Source: an uncultured Fimbriimonadales bacterium (lineage in GTDB: Bacteria; Armatimonadota; Fimbriimonadia; Fimbriimonadales; GBS-DC). From it: DNA of 33,082 bases. The translations under genes and the position numbers were made by a program. Positions within the stretch are counted from its first letter, which is position 1. Each line of letters opens with the position of its first letter. Below, piece by piece: positions 33,060 to 33,082 of the stretch. The notes beneath the pieces are model-generated. The model was given only the letters and a program-made list of their open reading frames with translations, was not told where the DNA came from and ran no database searches. Where the stretch lies: NCBI GenBank assembly GCA_964595265.1, contig CAZQPV010000004.1, forward strand, positions 6,576 through 39,657. Direction: 5' to 3'.

Positions 33060-33082
33060 ATGCAGGAGGTACGCGCAAACGG

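Overview
This is a GC-rich, tightly packed bacterial chromosomal window. I call about 29 protein-coding genes. I found no rRNA, tRNA, CRISPR array, transposase or integrase. Most gene starts have strong GGAGG-type Shine-Dalgarno sites, and many neighbouring genes overlap by 1-8 nt.

Recognisable content, in order:
- an excisionase/MerR-type HTH protein translationally coupled to a GT4 glycosyltransferase
- an exported two-domain rhodanese
- an M24 Xaa-Pro peptidase
- a futalosine-pathway radical-SAM enzyme (MqnC/MqnE family)
- TatC
- a 1161-aa secreted multidomain GH13 alpha-amylase
- a seven-gene NDP-amino-sugar-type cluster: two GMPP-like nucleotidyltransferases, a DegT aminotransferase, two Gfo/Idh/MocA oxidoreductases, a small acidic protein and a lone ABC permease
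- a second, cytoplasmic rhodanese
- a HAMP-GGDEF diguanylate cyclase

The parts I cannot assign are the most interesting:
1. A seven-gene, translationally coupled minus-strand operon (5458-10526). It encodes six proteins I cannot place, mostly integral-membrane, followed by the M24 peptidase.
2. Two large secreted proteins (3143-5437 and 27103-29103) that look like paralogues. Each lies downstream of a rhodanese gene.
3. A 16-or-so-TM membrane protein co-transcribed with a secreted protein that joins a degenerate metzincin-like domain to a DUF1573-type domain.
4. A secreted protein with a 70-aa Gly-rich insert, co-transcribed with tatC.

Nearly every inferred promoter carries the same GGTAYAAT element. 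The amylase gene looks leaderless.

All family calls come from motifs read by eye. No database search was possible. The lineage is unknown; the gene content suggests a deep-branching, possibly thermophilic phylum such as Armatimonadota or Chloroflexota, but that is a guess.
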